From the NCBI GenBank assembly GCA_043228905.1, contig JBHGNT010000917.1, positions 1-13,899 of the forward strand: a stretch of DNA of 13,899 nt, written 5' to 3'. The notes beneath the pieces are model-generated. The model saw only the letters and a program-made list of their open reading frames with translations. It did not search any database and was not told the DNA's origin. This document shows positions 9,679-13,899 of the stretch, in pieces (positions within the stretch are counted from its first letter, which is position 1; every line of letters starts with the position of its first letter). This stretch comes from Azolla caroliniana. Taxonomy: Eukaryota > Plantae > Polypodiophyta. The translations under genes were made by a program, and so were the position numbers.

Positions 9679-9804
9679 GACAGACAGACAGACAGACCAC
9701 TGACTGACAGACTGACTGACTCGATACCCTGTCAGTCCGTCAGTCCGTCCGTCAGTCCATTCATTCCGTCAGTCAATCCGTCCGTCAGTCCGTCAGTCAA
9801 GTCA
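9679..9804. repeat. Inverted tetranucleotide array (GACW)n ... (GTCM)n upstream of the gene start
   Basis: Left arm gacagacagacagacagac...tgactgacagactgactgac (9679-9720), 10-nt spacer, right arm gtcagtccgtcagtccgtcc...gtcaagtca (9731-9804). Confidence 0.85.
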
Positions 9805-10220
9805 CCTTCTTGCTTAGCTAGATGGCCTAATAATTTAGAAGTACCCTCTCCCTTCCCTTCCGGCACCACCGTAGCGTTTGGGGGTGACATTATATATTAG
9901 CCTTGGTGTTCATATCCAATGGATGGTATTTGGACAACCTTGCCTTACCGCTTCGTGCCACGCTGTTGTCCATTGCACACCATTTCCGTGGACCGAAGGT
10001 CTTCAATATCACGCGTTTTTCAGGGAGCCCGACTCATGCTTCGTGCTCCCTACCCTCCTCGCAATATGGACCACCATGTTGCAATCACAAGAATTCTCAC
10101 ATCTTTGTTGGTGTCTCTGACCCCCGCCTGCTGTTGGCAATGCGCTCATGCGATTTTACAACCTGAAATGGTAGTAGTGGCCAACATGCTATGCCAATTG
10201 AAAATTATCCAACACATAGG

Positions 10221-10319
10221 GGAATTTTTCTATGATAGAGAAGGATGCCTAGGGATTGTCTATAACATTAACAAGTTTCGCCTAGGAATTTTTCTATGAT
10301 AGAGAAGATGCCTAGGGAT
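10221..10319. repeat. Short direct duplication (~36 bp, 64-bp spacing)
   Basis: ggaatttttctatgatagagaa(g)gatgcctagggat at 10221 and 10285. Confidence 0.9.
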
Positions 10320-11049
10320 GGCCTAGGATTGAAATTTTCATTTCATGTAGACCACTTGGCTCTGCTTTACTTGGTCACAAAGGTTGCACTCAATGTAAAG
10401 TTTGCATGCTAGGAGTTTGAAAATGCCACTTTCCACAACACACATTCACCGACTATTTGTCCCGCTTAGAATTAGACGAAGGTGGTATAGGGTAATTGTC
10501 AAAGTTAGTGTGTGGAAGCTTGTGACAAACCGACTTTGCCGGGTAACAATAGAATATTGAGAAGTTAGGTTTAATGGAGACCTTACGCGGGGGAGAGATA
10601 GAAAGAGCAAAAAGCATAAACTCTATTCAAGATAATAACGCTCGGTACATAGAATGTGCTCATAGAGCACTTTTATACAAGTCCATAAAGGATTGACAAA
10701 AGTACTGACGGGTACTTCAATGCTCATACGAGCGACTGACATTGACTCCCAAAAATATGCCTACGTACTAGGCTAGATCCATAGGCCTCTAACGGCCTAC
10801 CGATTTCAATCCGATCCGAATACCATCCAGACACCGACTGGTGTCGTGAAAATACGACAAAGACACGTGAACTTGAGGCAGGACCCCGGGGCCTTCGACC
10901 AGAGGATATCAGATTCGTGCATTATGTATTAAGAATTAACGAAAATCAGAAAATTTGATATTTTTCATTACCAAAGGAAAAGAAAAATTACAATCAATCC
11001 CAAGATTGGGATTACAGAAGTTTAGGTTTAAAGAGATTAATAGATAAAA

Positions 11050-11370
11050 AAATTAGGGTTTTTTAGAGATATGGCTTCCGTAAGGAAAATTAAGGTTTTT
11101 GGGTGAAATGACTTCCGTAAAGAAAATTAGGGTTTTTGAGAGATAGCTTCTGTAAGGAAAATTAGGGTTTATGTGAGAGATAACTTCCGTAAGGAAACTT
11201 AGGGTTTATGGCTTCGTCAAAGGATATATCCGATAAGAAAATTAGGGTTTATTCGAAAGAGATGGCTTCTGTCAAGAAAATTAGGGTTTATGTGAGAGAT
11301 AGCTTCCGTAAGGAAACTTAGGGTTTATGGCTTCATCAATGGATACATCCGATAAGAAAATTAGGGTTTT
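11050..11370. repeat. 35-43-bp monomer tandem array with TTAGGGTTT core, including a 119-bp three-monomer unit in two copies
   Basis: Consensus about gagatagcttccgtaaggaaaattagggttt. Cores at 11053, (11090 variant), 11127, 11162, 11199, 11242, 11281, 11318, 11361. ggataYatccgataag occurs at 11222 and 11341 (period 119). Confidence 0.92.
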
Positions 11371-11988
11371 TTCAAAAGAGATTGCTTTGATCCCCTAAGG
11401 ACCATTAGGATCTATGGATTATCGAGAGATAACTTTTCTCCTCCCTTCTCACACTTGCATGAAGGAACTCTAGTTTTTATCTTGAGTTCAATTGCATGCA
11501 TCCACATGACCTTTACTTTACATAAAGTTTGACTTTAGTTGCATGTGTTCACATAAGGATACATCCGATAAGAAAATTAGGGTTTTTTCGAAAGAGATCG
11601 CTTTGATCCCTTAAGGACCATTAGGATCTATGGATTATCGAGAGATAACTTTTCTCCTCCCTTCTCACACTTGCATGAAGGAACTCCAATTTTTATCTTA
11701 AGTTCAATTGCATGCATCCACATGACCTTTACTTTACATAAAGTTTGACTTTAGTTGCATGTGTTCACATAAGGATACATCCGATAAGAAAATTAGGGTT
11801 TTTTCGAAAGAGATCGCTTTGATCCCTTAAGGACCATTAGGATCTATAGATTATCGAGAGATAACTTTTCTCCTCCCTTCTCACACTTGCATGAAGGAAC
11901 TCTAGTTTTTATCTTGAGTTCAATTGCATGCATCAACATGACCTTTACTTTACATAAAGTTTGACTTTAGTTGCATGTGTTCACATAA
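11341..11988. repeat. Three tandem copies of a 216-bp unit
   Basis: Units 11341-11556, 11557-11772 and 11773-11988. Each starts ggatacatccgataagaaaattagggttt and ends gttcacataa, with only a few substitutions each. Confidence 0.97.
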
Positions 11989-12502
11989 CCTTTACTTTAC
12001 TTTAGTTCGGCCGCATGATCCTATCATCCGTAAAGTTCGGCCCATGCATGATCCATCCGTCTCGACTGTCGCCAATCAGATCCATCCGGGTCCATATCCG
12101 ACCCGATCCATCTGGCCAAAACCATTACATGTAGTTAAGCCACATCAACCCCTCAAGATAATGTAACCCAAGTTCAACCATTCCTTCTATGCTCTTAACA
12201 CATAGATACAAACTAATGCTTCGCAATCTACTTATATAGTGCTGGATCCAAAAGTTTCCTATATATGTGAGATATCTTAAAGTTCTATTTTCCTCTTCTT
12301 CTCAAACTTCACACTCACATAACTTAATACTTATTTATCCGTTTCATGTGTAGTAAAATGCATTATGAAGCTCTTGAAGACATCTATCTTTCCATATCAA
12401 TTCATTAATCTAATCTTAAATAATTATTTTACTAATTTTCATATCGTGTGTGAAACCACACGACACTGGTTCTCCGTTCCAGATCCGGTTGAGCTTGCTC
12501 GC

Positions 12503-13021
12503 TCAACACTCCCCCTCAAGCTCAACTTGAGGTCGAATCATGGTGTCAGTATCTGTGGTAGATAGTTCTTCCATCTTACTCCTTCTGGCTTCCTCTAGCC
12601 TTGCTCGTGCTCCTCGTCTGGTCCGGTTCCTCCTTTTGTGACTCGTCTGGTTCCGAGCACCTCGACCTCCTCGGTCGGCTTGTCTACTCAACAAGCCCAC
12701 ATCAACTCCTTCGCTGCTATGAGTCTAGCGCTTCTCAACCCGTCGTCTCCTTCGTATCGACGTCAACTTCCGCTGCCTCCTCGACCGGTTGGCCTTGAGT
12801 TGATCTGGCTCATCCGAATCAACCACCTCTTTCGAATCGGGTGCATCTAATTCGTTCTAGCTCTAGTTCGGATTGGCTGTCTCCAATCCATCTCCTGTTT
12901 TCAGGCCTTTCACAACATGGGACCATGTCCGGTTCTTGGCCTTCTCCTTCTGATCAGCTCTGTCCTTTTTTACTCTACCGTCATCTACCTACTTATCTTA
13001 TGTAGGGAGAGGGACGTCCTA
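12503..13021 (-). pseudogene. Decayed charged (acidic then Arg-rich) C-terminal ORF segment of the second retroelement
   Basis: One frame, ~170 codons, broken only by TAG/TAA: ...VDDGRVKKDRADQKEKAKNRTWSHVVKGLKTGDGLETANPN*S*NELDAPDSKEVVDSDEPDQLKANRSRRQRKLTSIRRRRVEKR*THSS...RQADRGGRGARNQ...VELEGEC*. The stop lies inside the LTR (TGT TGA). Confidence 0.65.
12509..12520 (-). promoter_or_regulatory. Polypurine tract
   Basis: CTTGAGGGGGAG directly abutting the LTR-initial TGTTGA. Confidence 0.8.
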
Positions 13022-13899
13022 TAATGCCATTAGAAAACTTGAATATGCATTTGAGGAAATGATCCCCACATACTCTAACATCCAGAAATTCCGCATAAGA
13101 ATACCTTTCAACTTCTTCATATAGGCTTTTACCCCATGTTTATTATCAAACACGAAAGCATTATGCATATTCCAATTGTTTTGTAGTCCCCAATAACGTA
13201 AAAATTGGAACAATATCTCCATCTCATCATTTGAACCATTTGGTACACGTTATAGGACATTTAATGAACCTGTGTACTATCCTCCAAAGGAATGGTGCAA
13301 AAGAAACAAGTGCCTGACCCTAGTCCTCGTCTCTTTAAGTTTGAACCTATGGGAGCCCAGCAATCATGACTCTCAATATGAATAACTTTGCACGGAATGG
13401 CAGATGGCAATGCCAACCACGTTGTAATATTTTCCACCACCTTGCATTTGACTTACATACATTCCATACATTTTCTGTTTTCGGTGATAGCCAAGATACG
13501 ATATCATTGCATGATGATACAATATATTTGTGGTGATCTGTAACAAGCATGTACCATCCTTTAACAGCCAACTTACCCAAGGTGCAACACTTGTTTTCAA
13601 TGGCAATGATCTATGCAACAATGGTATATCTTGTAATTTCTTCCAAATAAATCTATAATTTGGGGGAATACATAACTATCGTTTGATATCTTCAAATTTT
13701 GACAACCTTTGAGATTCATTATCAACCACGTCTCCTAAATATACAACCCCCAATTGAAATAAATGATTGAATTGAGATCTCAACTTCTCTTTTATATGCC
13801 AAACCAACACTTTAGAAGAAACAAGCAATTCATTTTTTAATGAATTACAAAATTCTCGATGACTTGATGGTGCCCACTCAAAAAAAGATAATGCATCTT
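13022..13899 (-). mobile_element. Decayed L1-type LINE ORF2 fragment 3 (C-terminal zf-RVT-like region)
   Basis: WHCHLPFRAKLFILRVMIAGLP / IGSNLKRRGLGSGTCFFCTIPLEDST / FIKCP (CCHC-type, frameshifted). WNMHNAFVFDNKHGVKAY is homologous to fragment 2. Continues past the right edge. Confidence 0.88.

Larger units (their letters stand above)
10842..12465 (+). mobile_element. 1624-bp non-coding nested insert, probably a solo LTR
   Basis: Ends TGTCGTG...CACGACA (7-bp perfect inverted repeat), flanked by CTGG on both sides (10838-10841, 12466-12469). It has U3-like tandem repeats, then TATATAT at 12260-12266 followed by a CT-rich tract, from which orientation is inferred. Confidence 0.8.
10521..13021 (-). 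mobile_element. 3' remnant of a second, copia-like LTR retrotransposon (ORF tail, PPT, 3' LTR split by a nested insert)
   Basis: Minus strand has PPT CTTGAGGGGGAG immediately followed by TGTTGAGC (12508). Removing the insert plus one TSD leaves a ~360-bp LTR with TATAAAAG (~10670-10677) ending GTTTGTCACA at 10521. No RT/RNase H motifs remain, so the superfamily is inferred. Confidence 0.72.

Noticed and set aside
11050-11370. CRISPR-like array or interstitial telomere
   Set aside because: The spacers are homologous to one another, there are no cas genes and the context is eukaryotic. TTAGGG cores are isolated rather than contiguous (TTTAGGG)n.
12467-12480. TGGTTCTCCGTTCC after ...CA as a PBS of a + strand element
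   Set aside because: The TGG is part of the CTGG TSD, the match to a tRNA 3' end is poor, and the sequence joins seamlessly with 10837 as host LTR.
10521-13023. A single 2.5-kb solo LTR (TGTGAC...CCTATA)
   Set aside because: The flanks AAGCT/ATGCC are not a TSD, and the internal PPT-TG junction and nested insert explain the region better.

Overview
This is AT-rich land-plant nuclear DNA; the transposon style suggests a fern or other non-seed plant, but that is a low-confidence inference. One intact six-exon gene lies on the minus strand (ATG 9600 to TGA 6714, 204 aa). It encodes a Ser-rich then Lys/Arg-rich low-complexity protein with an ordered-looking C-terminus, and none of the provided ORFs captures it. 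Left of the gene are the 5' half of a decayed Ty1/copia element (LTR, tRNA-iMet PBS, gag-PR-IN; 1-2680) and two decayed L1-type LINE ORF2 fragments joined by a microsatellite. Right of the gene is the 3' end of a second copia-like element whose reading frame carries a long charged tail running through the PPT. Its 3' LTR is interrupted by a 1624-bp TG...CA insert with a 4-bp TSD, hairpins at both ends and a hierarchical telo-box tandem array. A third LINE fragment ends the window. I found no prokaryotic systems, CRISPR arrays, or tRNA/rRNA genes, and I cannot demonstrate a new biological system. The best leads are the nested insert, the copia-like C-terminal tail, and possible poison-exon/3'UTR-intron (NMD) regulation of the gene. 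All calls are by eye; no searches were run.
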